Below are positions 11,465-22,840 of a DNA stretch of 48,524 bases, piece after piece. The notes beneath the pieces are model-generated. The model ran no database searches. It was not told the DNA's origin and saw nothing but the letters and a program-made list of their open reading frames with translations. A program made the translations under genes and the position numbers. The first letter of the stretch is position 1. The number at the start of each line of letters is the position of its first letter. The DNA lies in assembly GCA_012862495.1 (NCBI GenBank), contig BLSG01000025.1:12120-60643 (forward strand), read 5' to 3'. This DNA comes from Thraustochytrium aureum (lineage: Eukaryota).

Positions 11465-11859
11465 CCGTCCGTCTTCCTCCGTCCGTCTGTCTCGCTGATG
11501 AGCCTCACGTGAGGAGGCAGCGCCGCAGGATACTCCGCCTCTGAGGACGCGCACCACAGTTCTCTCGGAGCACTCTGCGCGGGTCCCGCTCCTTTTGGGA
11601 GACGCGGGCCTGTCCCCCTCACAGGCAGCGCCCGCCAGGCCCCTCTCGGGCCTTCTTCGGAAGTTCTTCCTTTCCCTCCTTCCGCTCTTCCTGCGCGAAT
11701 AGCGGAGCTTCCCTCTGTTCCTCGTTGTCTCGCGAGGCGGAAGAGTGCCGTTGCGTGCAAAGAGCGCGAGTGCGTCGTGATCATCGCGTGAGTTTGGCGA
11801 CGGTGGCAGAAGGAGAGGCTGCCAGGCGCAGGCTGGAGCCCGCGCTGGAAGGACTGACC

Positions 11860-11890
<31 letters not shown>
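11860..11890. repeat. (GGCT)n microsatellite
   Basis: About 7-8 GGCT units. Confidence 0.9.
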
Positions 11891-12267
11891 GGGCGGGTAG
11901 TGGAGGCCGTCGTGAGAACGTACAGAGCGCTCGCTCGCTCTCTGTGCTGGCTGCCGAGCCGAGGAGGAGCTGTTGACAAAACACCCGCTGGTCGCTCTTG
12001 AGGCGTTCAACGCCTCTTTCCACAGCCTTCCTCGTTGCTAATTCGGCTCCCGTTGCAAAGCAAGACGGCGACCGAGCAGAGGGCTGCAGAGTCCGAGCGC
12101 TGCGAGCTCCGCGCGCGCAGCGGACCGAGCAGGAACGGCGCCGGCGCTCCAGACGGCCTGACGCAACCGGCGGGCGCTGGACGCTGCTAGATTCTCACCG
12201 GACTGCGCCCCGGTCGGCAAGGTGGGCCAGCTAGTGCTGGGCACCCCAACGCGCGCGCACCCGGCGC

Positions 12268-15200
12268 ATGAAGTCGAACCGCGTCTCGCCGGCCAGCTCG
12301 GCCGGGAACGTGCTGCGGCTGCCGCACGACGAGGAGCTCGCAGCGCGCGATAGGGCGATCCAACTTCTCCGCGTTGAGAATGTCGAGCTGCGCCAGCGTG
12401 TCAGCATGCTCGAAGCCGAGCTGCGTAAACGCGGATGCAACCCAGAGGCGCTGGAGACAGAGGGGCTGAACAGGTGCCTCTCCCCACGCATTGATCGCAG
12501 CAGCGAGGACACCGTCTCCGCAGTTGGGGGCACTTGCTCAGCCAGCGATGCTGGGAGCAGTCTTTCGCGCCTTAGCCAGTATGACTTTAGCAAACTGACG
12601 CAAGGCGTTGTCCGCCATGTTGGCCCCACGCGGCGCCTCTCTGAAGGCGAGCACCAGGCCCAGCACGACCATATTCTCGGCCAGGTGCGCCACCGGCGGT
12701 TCACACTGACTCAGGAAAAGTCGATTGCGCGCAAGAGCAAACCACGCTCCGACGTCCCATACGATGAGGAGGCGAGTGGGAGCACGGACGAGGGCTCTAC
12801 GAGCGATGACTCTACCTCCGACGAAGACGCCAGGTCAATCCACTCTGACATCGCAGCCTCGGAGTTGGTCAACACGGCCCCGCTCGTGCACGAAGAGACC
12901 AAGGAAGGCCACGGCGCCGCGGTGGAGAACGGGTCGGCCNNNNNNNNNNNNNNNNNNNNNNNNNNNNNNNNNNNNNNNNNNNNNNNNNNNNNNNNNNNNN
13001 NNNNNNNNNNNNNNNNNNNNNNNNNNNNNNNNNNNNNNNNNNNNNNNNNNNNNNNNNNNNNNNNNNNNNNNNNNNNNNNNNNNNNNNNNNNNNNNTCGAC
13101 GAGCCGTGCAGAGCAAGACGTCCAGGAGATCAAAGGCCTCGGACGACGGGGACGAGCAGGGCGTGGGTTTCCGCGCAAAAGGGTCGTCGGGTAGACCCCG
13201 CAACAAGTCCAAGTCCAAAATTGCAGCGGGGAGCGGCGCAGAGGCTGCTCACAAGCAACGGATCACCAGGAGGCGCCGCGAACACCGGCGCAAGCGGCAG
13301 CAGCCCGTCGTAGACGAGTTTGCGGATGCCAAGGTGCCCATCCACCAACTGCCGCGCGGGGGCATCTACGTGCAGACGCGCAAGGGCCCGGTGCAGTTCG
13401 GCATCCCGCCCGAGTCGATCAAAGACTCGATGAAGCTTGGGCTCGAGGTGCCCACCTTCTATGTGGTTCCAAAGGAGCGCTTCAACCTCAAGCTGGGGCT
13501 CAACATGTGCGAGGCCGAGTTCCCGGCCTACTTCAACTTCTTCATCCGCAAAATCAGCGTCAACCTGATCACCACACCGTCCGGGGAGAAGACGGTTCGC
13601 AAGGTCATCGACGAGACGCTCGAAGGCCCCGCAGAGCACCTACTATTCGTCAACCAGGAGTACCCGCAGGACTCGGAAGCATCGGGGCGCTTTTCGTTCG
13701 CAGCGCGCCCAGACCACGTGAAAGGATCAACCTTTTCAAGGAGCCGCGAGACGGCAGGCCCATCTGCACAGACTCGCTCGTCCAGTTCACGCACTTCTTG
13801 CCCATTCAGGAGCAAAAGCAGCGCCTGACGCAAGAAGCATACAGGGTCGGCCATGAGGCATTAGAGCGCCTCCGGAAAGCCGCCGAGGAGTCCCACTGGC
13901 AAGGGCCTTCTGCGACGTCTGCAGCCGCACAAGGAGGGGCCTCGTCTGGGCACGCGGCCTCGTCGAAAGACTCGCTGGCCGAGCCTCGCGCAGGACCAGA
14001 ACCTCGCCCCTCCGCGGACCCACGCCCCGCGCAATGTGCACTTTCGTCGCACGAATCAGCAAGCAGCCTGAACGAGAGCGCTGGCGCGCAAGCCCCAGGC
14101 CCTGACCACTGGTGGAGTGACGTCACCGCAGCAGTGCTCGGCAACGGGATCGAGATCGTCGACTGCGGACAGGAGTACATTGTGGTGGAGGACGGCGAGG
14201 TGGTCGCTCGTGTCCCATCCTTTCTCAGCGCGTGGGCGCCGTCGCCGGTTCTGGCTGGCGGTACTGTGCCGACGCATATTACCGACCCGCCGCAGTTCGG
14301 GATCACCGTGCTTGGGTCCTCGCACGGTTTTGACCCCAGCGGAAGCACCTCCGGCTTTGTGCTGTGGATGCACAAGAAGGGCATCATGGTTGACCCGCCT
14401 CCCAACGCCACAGAGATCCTTCAAGCTGCAGGCATTATTCCGAGCATGATTACAGGAATCATTCTGACCCACTGCCACGCCGACCACGACGCTGGCGCGT
14501 TTCAGAAAATTCTCAAGGAGGGCCGCATCACGCTCATCACGACGCAGACCATCTTCTCCAGCTTTATTCGCAAGTACTCGCTCATCAGCGGATTCGCCGA
14601 GCCGTTTCTCCTACGCCTTTTTGAGCACCGTATCGTCAAGGTGGGCGAGCACGTGCACTGGGGGGGCGGCACGCTGCGCTTTTTCTATGGGCTGCACGCG
14701 CTTCCATGCATCGGCTTTGAGGCCACAGTCGCAGGCAAGACATTCGCGTACTCGGCAGACACCTTTTACGACCCCGAGGGCTTGAAGGACTTGAGAGATC
14801 GCGGGTACTTGTCCCCTGAGCGTTGCCAGGCGCTGATCGACTTTCCGTTCCACTACGACGTCGTGCTCCACGAGGCGGGGATTCCACCAATCCACACCCC
14901 GCTTGCCGTTCTGGACGCCTTGCCGGAGAACCTCAAGAAAAATCTCTACATCATTCACGTCACCGAGCAGGCTGCGAGCGCTTCTGGGCTGCGCTTGGCG
15001 CGCGCTGGGGTGGAAAACACGATTGTCATCGACACACCTGCCCACGAGCACGCCACTTCTGCCGCCATCCTGCAGCTTTTACGCAGCACGGACATTTTCC
15101 GGCACTTTACCATCACGCAGGCCAGCGACTTGCTACAGCTGTGCCGGCACTGCACCTACGAACGCGGGGCCTTTGTTTGCCGTGCTGGTGAGGTAGGCAA

Positions 15201-16036
15201 CCACTTTTTCGTGATCCTCTCGGGGTTTTGCACCGTCAAGCTCAGCGCTTCGCTTGGAGAGGGCAACGACCTTCACGAGCAGTATCGGCACCAGGGCAAC
15301 ATGGGGCATTCCGGAANNNNNNNNNNNNNNNNNNNNNNNNNNNNNNNNNNNNNNNNNNNNNNNNNNNNNNNNNNNNNNNNNNNNNNNNNNNNNNNNNNNN
15401 NNNNNNNNNNNNNNNNNNNNNNNNNNNNNNNNNNNNNNNNNNNNNNNNNNNNNNNNNNNNNNNNNNNNNNNNNNNNNNNNNNNNNNNNNNNNNNNNNNNN
15501 NNNNNNNNNNNNNNNNNNNNNNNNNNNNNNNNNNNNNNNNNNNNNNNNNNNNNNNNNNNNNNNNNNNNNNNNNNNNNNNNNNNNNNNNNNNNNNNNNNNN
15601 NNNNNNNNNNNNNNNNNNNNNNNNNNNNNNNNNNNNNNNNNNNNNNNNNNNNNNNNNNNNNNNNNNNNNNNNNNTGATGTCTGTTCACCAAGCCCAAGTC
15701 GCCGAGCAAGAGGCCGCAAATGCCATCGTCGAACAGCATTCAGCGGCGCTTCACCACCGGTCCGCGAGCGTGGCAAACATCTCGCCAGCGACCCCAGGCT
15801 TGTCGCCACAGTCCCCGACACTCGTCAAGGACAGTGGATTGCGCCCAAGCCGTGCGTTGCAGACCAGAACCGGCGCGGGCCGCACTCATCGGCCGAAGGT
15901 TACGACGTCGCGGGTCACACTGGTTGCCAAGACGGACTCTGATTTGTACTACATTGAGGCGGATGACGCGCTCGAGTTCCTCGACCAAAACCCTGGTGTC
16001 TTTATTCAACTCATTGACAGTTTAGTCATGGAGTAG
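12268..16036 (+). CDS. Class II (metallo-beta-lactamase fold) cyclic-nucleotide phosphodiesterase with cNMP-binding domain, Dictyostelium PdeD/PdeE (GbpA/GbpB)-like
   Basis: Motifs LPRGGIYVQT...QFGIPPESIKD, LGSSHGFDP, VDPP, THCHADHDAG (HxHxDH, 14470-14487), HALPCIGF, YSADT and HEAGIPPIHTP. cNMP-binding signature YERGAFVCRAGEVGNHFFVILSG and a terminal VTLVAKTDSDLYYIEADDALEFLDQNP. The gene spans two gaps and one frameshift near 13721-13723. Confidence 0.85.
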
Positions 16037-16552
16037 GGCGCGGCGCTGATGCCGAGCTTTGCACTAGCAGGGCAGGGCTGCCCTTCTAACACACCTGTTC
16101 TCCGTTGGTAAGACTATAGGTTTTTGTTGATTTGAACTCCATTGTTGGTCTCGAACGCCCCTTGCCATCAGCGGACGACCGACCGCCACTCGTCAAGCCG
16201 TACGCTATTTACATACTCAGTACAATACAAAGTTTGATGGGGATTCTTCAAGCTCCTGCGAGGCGGGTCGAGGGCCTCTCGGATACGCAACAGAGTCTCG
16301 TACTCCTACGAGGACATGGTCAACCATTGGGAAAAGGCCGAAAGTGAAAGTGACCGCAGCCGAACGATTTGCTCGGTTTTGCGAGAGCCTGGCCGCCACC
16401 AATGCCACGGGCGACCAAAAACGTCGCGCAACGACATGGCCGATTTGCCGCTTGCTTGAATCCCGCAGGTCGTTCTGGCCGTCGTTTTTAACGCTCACAG
16501 TACTCAGCCCAACGGGAAAGTGCTGTCCTCTGCAAGTCGCCACACGCGTGGT

Positions 16553-18937
16553 TCAGAGCGTTCGCCGCGTTGCGTTGGCAAGCCAAGCGGGCACGAGCTG
16601 ATGGCCAAGGTTTGCCCGGAGCAGGTCGCGAGCCGGAGAAACGCCGAGGCTGTCAGCGAGCAGCACCTGAGAACTCTCGAGTAACTCGAAAAGGCGCCTG
16701 TTCCATGGAGCGTAGTGGGCCGATAGGGCGCCAAGCGTAGCCTCGTCAGAAAGCGTGGGGACACGGGATGGCCGGTAGGCCTTGCTTTTCTGGTCCACGA
16801 CCCAAAAGTTGCCAGCTTTCCACGCTCGAAATGCAGTGTGCATGCCCGCCATGAAAGCAGGTCCGGAACCTGCCCTCGGCCCCCGCACTGGCCGAAGCCC
16901 AGTGGCATGCTCTGGGTCGAGCAGAAACGACTCGACCGCGTACAAAGTCGACTGCGGGTCATTTGCAAATGCCTCTGCGGTTAGGAGCAGGAGTTGATTG
17001 CTCGGAAAGGCCGCCATCCACCTTTCAAGATGCTGCGCGTAGTAGCCCGTACGGAGCGCCCGGAGCATTGGGCCCGTGCCTCGTAGGGCTTGGTCAGCGT
17101 AGTACTTGAAGCCACCGTCGGTGCAGTTTGCCGCCCAGGCGGCGCCAGAGCGGCACGCCTGCAGGTAGCTCGAGTACAGGCGTTTCACTGGATCGCGCAG
17201 CAGAATTACAACTTTAACTGACGGAAGAAGACGCGCCACGTCAAAGGGAGAAGCTAGGTCAAAGTAGGCGGGCGACTTTTCGAAAATGGCGAGCTGCTTC
17301 GAGTACAGCTGCCGCGCGTTGAGGTGGCCAAGCGAGGCGTACAGTTGCCAGAGCGAGGCTTCCTTTGCGAGGTAGTCTTGTCGGCGCCCAATGAAATCGG
17401 CCCACCTAAATTGAGCCGGCGAGACCCTGCTCGCGGTGATAGCCTTGTTGCTTGCACCGAATACCATGCGCCTGTCTCTGAACTGGCTGCAAGACGACCG
17501 GTTCGAGCCCTTGCCCCTACCTGTGCAGTCGAAGAAGTGCGTCTCAAGACCACCGTCCTGCCGCCGCAAATGCGCGCTCCGGTCGAGCCAGAGCGCTATT
17601 TCTGCAGTGCTCGCTTTTTGTACGCCTGCGACAATTAGCCGGGGCAGGCACACCGCGACGGCTGTTTTGGGGCCCGCCTGGGTATCGCCAATGGCTTGGA
17701 GTTTTTTGAAGCACGTCCCAGCGTCCACGAAGCGCGGGGCCATGGGGCAAGGCGGCGCGCGCGTTGACGGAGGAGCGCCAAACGCCGAGCGCTCGTCCCT
17801 CGAGGTAGGCGACGCGTCGGGCTCCAGCCCAAGCCCGCGACGGTCTTCAGCAAGCAAAGTGAAGAGCTCCTGCACCAGGCGGCGGTGCGCCATTGGGTGG
17901 CCCGCCCATGGCGCTTGCGCATCGGCCAGCTGGGCCTGAGCCGCTTCACGACCGAGCGCTCCAACGTCAAAGCTTGACCTGTACGAAACAGCGAGGTCCG
18001 CAACAAGGAGCTCCCGCCTCCGCTGCCATGGTACAAGCCGCGGCGTCGCGAATCCCCGCAGGGCGAGTGCGGCGGCGGTACGCCTCCAGACCAGCGCTCG
18101 ACGCCAGATAGGGAGCTCGGGAACGCTGCACGGGATAGAGCTGCGCCCAGCGGGAAACTCCGCGGTCGAAGCGAGTGGGGACGATTCCTGATTGGGACTG
18201 GTCTGGAACTGGCACGCCGGCCTCTCAAAGTCGAGCGTGCCATTAATTCGTTCCAAGCACGCTGCGTCGACAAGGGCCTCCTCTTTGTCGTTCGGAGGCG
18301 CGGCCAGGACGAGTGCGTCCAGATTTGGCCAAAAGGCGCTTGCAACGCCGTCCTCGAGGGCGACAGCGAGGCGGCACTCGAACGTTGCGGGACATGCTTG
18401 GTCCAGCATGCCGCGAAGAATCGGCCCGAGAACGAGGACTGCAGGAGACTCCACCGGCACCACAATAGTCTTGAGCAGGTCGCCGCTTGAGTCGTGCCTC
18501 GCCAGCGCTTGCTCGGCGCTCGCAAGGGCTGCTTTGACGAGGGCACGGCTCGCGGAGCGCGCCACGGACGCAAACGTGCTACTCACCTTGGCCGCCTCGA
18601 TCAGGCCGTCGTGTGGCGACGCGGCGAGCGCCACTCTCTCTAGCCGGTCGACCGCCTTCCTGAGCTCTGCGCTGCCCGGAGCCACCTGGGCGCGCGACTC
18701 GGTCGCGAGGAACCGTAGGGTGTCCAGGTCTTGGCCAAGGAGAAGCTCCAGGACGAGACCGTCAAGTCCGCCAAACCGCAAAGCGCCACCCGCAGCATTA
18801 GGTCGAAGTCTGCCGTGAAAGTCAACGACGACGTCCTCGACGCCAAAGCGGAAGGCGCCCAGCACCAAGGCGAGGCTGGCGGCGAGCGCCACAGCAACCC
18901 AGGCTGTCGTCCGCGAGATGCGAGCCGTGCCGCTCAT
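16553..18937 (-). CDS. Type II membrane PAPS-dependent sulfotransferase (heparan sulfate 3-O/N-sulfotransferase-like domain)
   Basis: N-terminal TM helix, 5'-PSB motif LPRLIVAGVQKAST, ETHFFD, EKSPAYF, 3'-PB motif VILLRDPVKRLYSSY and GYYAQHLERWMAAFPSNQLLLL. Confidence 0.88.
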   Translation of the reverse strand: MSGTARISRTTAWVAVALAASLALVLGAFRFGVEDVVVDFHGRLRPNAAGGALRFGGLDGLVLELLLGQDLDTLRFLATESRAQVAPGSAELRKAVDRLERVALAASPHDGLIEAAKVSSTFASVARSASRALVKAALASAEQALARHDSSGDLLKTIVVPVESPAVLVLGPILRGMLDQACPATFECRLAVALEDGVASAFWPNLDALVLAAPPNDKEEALVDAACLERINGTLDFERPACQFQTSPNQESSPLASTAEFPAGRSSIPCSVPELPIWRRALVWRRTAAALALRGFATPRLVPWQRRRELLVADLAVSYRSSFDVGALGREAAQAQLADAQAPWAGHPMAHRRLVQELFTLLAEDRRGLGLEPDASPTSRDERSAFGAPPSTRAPPCPMAPRFVDAGTCFKKLQAIGDTQAGPKTAVAVCLPRLIVAGVQKASTAEIALWLDRSAHLRRQDGGLETHFFDCTGRGKGSNRSSCSQFRDRRMVFGASNKAITASRVSPAQFRWADFIGRRQDYLAKEASLWQLYASLGHLNARQLYSKQLAIFEKSPAYFDLASPFDVARLLPSVKVVILLRDPVKRLYSSYLQACRSGAAWAANCTDGGFKYYADQALRGTGPMLRALRTGYYAQHLERWMAAFPSNQLLLLTAEAFANDPQSTLYAVESFLLDPEHATGLRPVRGPRAGSGPAFMAGMHTAFRAWKAGNFWVVDQKSKAYRPSRVPTLSDEATLGALSAHYAPWNRRLFELLESSQVLLADSLGVSPARDLLRANLGHQLVPAWLANATRRTL

Positions 18938-19810
18938 CGCCGGTGCCCGTTCAGCCTTGCATAGGTCATTGCGCCGTCAGGGCGATTGGCAGACCCTGTT
19001 GCGATCGATCGTTGGCAACGCAACGTGTAAATCAATGTCAACGGCTGATGTGCAAAACGTTCGCGTAGAGTTCGCTGCCACGCAGGAAAATGAAGGGATC
19101 GGAAAATCGTCAGCCTTGAAGGGCGGGCGAGCACGAACCAGGTTCTGAATGGAGTGGAGCACGGAGCGGCCGAACGGAGTGTGAGATCCGACAAGACGCG
19201 CAGACTCTTGTGCTTTTTGGGAATGTCCCAGGACGGTAACAAATCTACTCGACTACACGAAAGCAAAACTCGACGACGCAGCCTTCATCCAGGCCGTGTT
19301 GCCGAATCCGTTGGGCATGACCACGGTCTCAACAGCGTGGTGGAGGCGCCGAACTGGCAGTATTCAGATGCAGATTGACCGTAGAAGCGCATGCGACGCG
19401 AAAGTAGGTGATGACCTCTTGGAATAACGTCACATTTCCAAGCCAAGCAGCAAATTCGACAAGAAATGTTGGGGGCGGAGCACCTGCAATGCATCCAAAG
19501 CAGATCCTCACTCAGGCTCAAGTGCAGTCGCACCTTGGCTGTTACGGCGATGGCTTTGGCCTTGCACTTTGTCAAAAGCTCGGGGTCAGCAGGGTTGTAC
19601 CGTAGCTTGACCATTTTCAATCCAAGGACCGAGCCGTGGAGGCCGCCATGGAACTGCAGTCCTCCTTCGCTGTACGAGTTAAACGTCCATCGACGGGCTG
19701 GGTTTCATTCATTTACTTGCTCTTTGTCCCTCCCAGCGCCCGCTTGAGCTTTGTCGGCGAGCGCAAGCGCAGACGCCCGCTGCCAGGAGCAGTCTCGCCG
19801 AGTGGCGGTG

Positions 19811-20825
19811 TCATGCGGCGCCTGGCGCGGCATTGCAGGCCTTGTCATCGTCATCTCCCCGAGTCTGAGCAAATCCATGCAGAAAGACAGCGGAGGCCAC
19901 GTCGCTCGGCTTGTAGCAGATGGTGACCTCTTCGCCAGGGAGGATCCTGCGCGTGGCGACGGCAGCGAGGGCGGGCTCGCCATTCGCATCATCGACGGGC
20001 TCCAGGATTGCGTTCGGAAGTTCAGAGTGGTTGATGTAGTCGATCCCCGGGAAAATGGCCACCGACCCCACTGCGCCAACAAGGTCTTCACGCGCGTCGC
20101 TCGGGTCGCAGACAGCAACAAGGTCCACGGCCCGGCTCAGCACGAGAGAATACTCCTCGCGGAAAAGCTCGTTGAAGGGGAGGTGTCTGCCGAGCGGCGT
20201 GGCCGCGGCCCCAGGCAGCATCTGCGCTCGCGTCCTCCTCAAGCGCGACCAGGGCCTCGTTGAGGTCCTCCGCGATGGACTCGGTGAAGATTTCGATGAC
20301 TCGGTTGGTCTGCGCCACACGAGCGACCAACTGGTCGACCTCGCTTGGCGAAAGCCGCGAGTGCTTCTCGTTGGGCACCATTGCGCGCACAACTGGCTCG
20401 CGCAAGAACGGTGCATTGCCATAGCAGCAGTCCGGGAGCTCGTCAGCCCAGTCGGCCCATGGCGAGGCGAACTTGAGCAACGAGCTGCGCCGCTCGGACC
20501 AGAGGAGGAGCGACAGCTGGAGGTCCTCGAAGAGGCGGGGCTGCGAGTCCCTAAGGCCTGCATAGCCTTCAACTGCACTTTGCACGAGCTGTGTGAGCGG
20601 GTTTGCTGACCGAGCGGCGATGTTTCCCGCGCAAAAGGCGTCGCTCGCGGAGCAAACCGCAAGGCGGTCACCTTCGTTGAACGCGGCGTCCGCCCACCAG
20701 CCGCGTTGCTCGCTCGTTTTGAAGTCGAGCACGAACGGGCCGGCGCCCAGCGCGCGTCCAGGGTTGAGCGCGCCACGCTGCGTCGCGCGAAGTGCCAGCT
20801 GTGCAGCGCGCCAAGCCACCGCCAT
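19811..20825 (-). CDS. SET-domain methyltransferase, Rubisco LSMT/SETD3-SETD4-like (one apparent frameshift near 20234)
   Basis: Motifs RGWWADAAFNEGD, SPWADWADELP, LVLSRA, IFPGIDYINHSELPN and ATRRILPGEEVTICY...HGF. The two halves lie in adjacent frames. Confidence 0.82.
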
Positions 20826-21774
20826 GTTGTCGCGCTCGCAAGACGACAACAACCTGTGCGCAAGGCAGGCTGCCGGCCGGGCGACTCGGACGGTGGCGGC
20901 GGCGGCGGNNNNNNNNNNNNNNNNNNNNNNNNNNNNNNNNNNNNNNNNNNNNNNNNNNNNNNNNNNNNNNNNNNNNNNNNNNNNNNNNNNNNNNNNNNNN
21001 NNNNNNNNNNNNNNNNNNNNNNNNNNNNNNNNNNNNNNNNNNNNNNNNNNNNNNNNNNNNNNNNNNNNNNNNNNNNNNNNNNNNNNNNNNNNNNNNNNNN
21101 NNNNNNNNNNNNNNNNNNNNNNNNNNNNNNNNNNNNNNNNNNNNNNNNNNNNNNNNNNNNNAAAAAAAAGAGAAAAAAAAGAAAAAAGAGCGCAGGAAAG
21201 GTCGAATCGAACGACTGACACTCGCATGTCCAATGGATTTGAAGTCCATCCTCACCACCAGGCAAGATCATCCCTGCCGAAGCGATAGCCTTCACGCACG
21301 CACAAACGTGAGCGTGCCTGCGGCTCCGCCTGCTCCCCGCTATTCACGGGAGCCTCGCGCCTGCGTCCTTTCGGTACGACGTTGACGCGCGCGACGACGA
21401 AGCACGATGCTGCGCCATCTCGGAGGGCGTTAAGGCAGCAAGTCCTCCTTGTACTTGGGGTGTGCGCCCTCGCGTGAATGGAATGGACAGACGACACCCG
21501 AACGATTCCAAATGAAACAGCAGTGCAAGGCTGCCACTCATTCATTCATTCACTCACTCGCTGATCCGACGCGCCCCAGGCTGGTCGAATTGCAGGCGCG
21601 CATGCTCGAGGGACGCACGCACGAGCGCATGCACGCGGCCCGTCAAGGCCCTGTGCGACGTTGACGCGCCGAGCGACGTTTTGGACGAGCGCCACACCGC
21701 CCAAGCTAGGCTCGAGGTGCCTGGGGTTCGCGCAGACTGAGCCAGCCGAGTGCGGCTGGTCGACGTTGCTCGGG

Positions 21775-22386
21775 ATGATGAGCGCTGGGTATGGTGTCGC
21801 GGGTGCTGGCGCGATGGTGACGATGCCGGACGGGGCGATCGCGGAGCCGCTGGTGCTCCTTGCGACGGAGAACAAACTGGTCGAGGCGCAGACGTGCATC
21901 AATGCGCGCGGCTGCGACGTGAACGAGCAGGACACGAACGGATACACTGCGCTGATGGCGGCCGCCTCGTACGGCCGCGTCGAGATGACTGCTTTCCTCT
22001 TGAGTGTCAAAGGCATCAAGGTCAACATGGTCGACAATGAAGGCGACACGGCGCTTCACTACTGCACGGACCTTGCCTGCGCCAAGCTGTTGATAGAGCA
22101 CGGCGCCGATCTCAGTATGCGCAACAACGAGAACCAAACTGCCTTGGAGAACATGGAGGCCGAGCTCGACGACGAAGACCTCGATGAAACGTCTGAAACC
22201 AGGAGTCTGCGCGAGGTCGTCGCGCACTTGCGGATACTCTCAGGCGCGCCAGCTGTGGACGCCCCCGCGCCGGCAGAAATGGCCGCAGAGCCAGCAGAGG
22301 AGGCGAGCCCGCCGCAAGTGCTTGCAGAGCAGCAAGCGGCTGGGCCCACCGAGACCGAGGTGGACGTGGTTATGGACGAGCAGTAG
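21775..22386 (+). CDS. Small ankyrin-repeat protein with acidic tail (start uncertain)
   Basis: Ankyrin repeats DVNEQDTNGYTALMAAASYG, VNMVDNEGDTALHY and GADLSMRNNENQTALE. Confidence 0.88.
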   Translation: MMSAGYGVAGAGAMVTMPDGAIAEPLVLLATENKLVEAQTCINARGCDVNEQDTNGYTALMAAASYGRVEMTAFLLSVKGIKVNMVDNEGDTALHYCTDLACAKLLIEHGADLSMRNNENQTALENMEAELDDEDLDETSETRSLREVVAHLRILSGAPAVDAPAPAEMAAEPAEEASPPQVLAEQQAAGPTETEVDVVMDEQ

Positions 22387-22840
22387 GGCTCAAAATGCCC
22401 CATCAGGCACTTGAGCTCGAAGAGCGCGCGTCGCCAAAGACGCAGCCCTGCTTGAGCTGGCGAAAAGGCAAGACTGATCGACCGAGTAATCGGCACGGGA
22501 GGGCCTCGCGCCGCCCGCGCCCGGCCAAGCAGCGGGAGGGCGGGAGGTTGGCAGAGCAAGTATAGACAAATTCTGTTTATCACGGCGGGCTCCTGACTAA
22601 CATAAAGCGTTGCTCCAAAGCTGCCCAAGCCGTGCCAAGCTCATCCAAAGTGAGCGTCAGAGGTCAGACTGCATGTCGCCCCGTCACACGCGACGGCACG
22701 CAGTTGAATTGAAGATGCAGCCCCGCCCCCAAGAGCAGTGAAGCGCGTGCCGCTCCTTGTCACACTTGACGCCACGGGGCGGCCGACCTACGCCAGGGCA
22801 AGTGCAGCGTCAAGCAACACCTACTCCGGCTCACTCCGAC

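Noticed and set aside
11134..11979. 281-aa minus-strand ORF upstream of SDHB
   Set aside because: It is built from microsatellite translations (PASQ, poly-A, GRQA) and overlaps SDHB out of frame.
6204..16036. Functional cluster of TF, SDR, SDHB and PDE
   Set aside because: Adjacent genes in mixed orientation with no shared pathway evidence; proximity is expected in a compact genome.
16130..16550. Short ORFs between the convergent PDE and sulfotransferase genes
   Set aside because: No motifs or codon bias; probably 3'UTR or intergenic.
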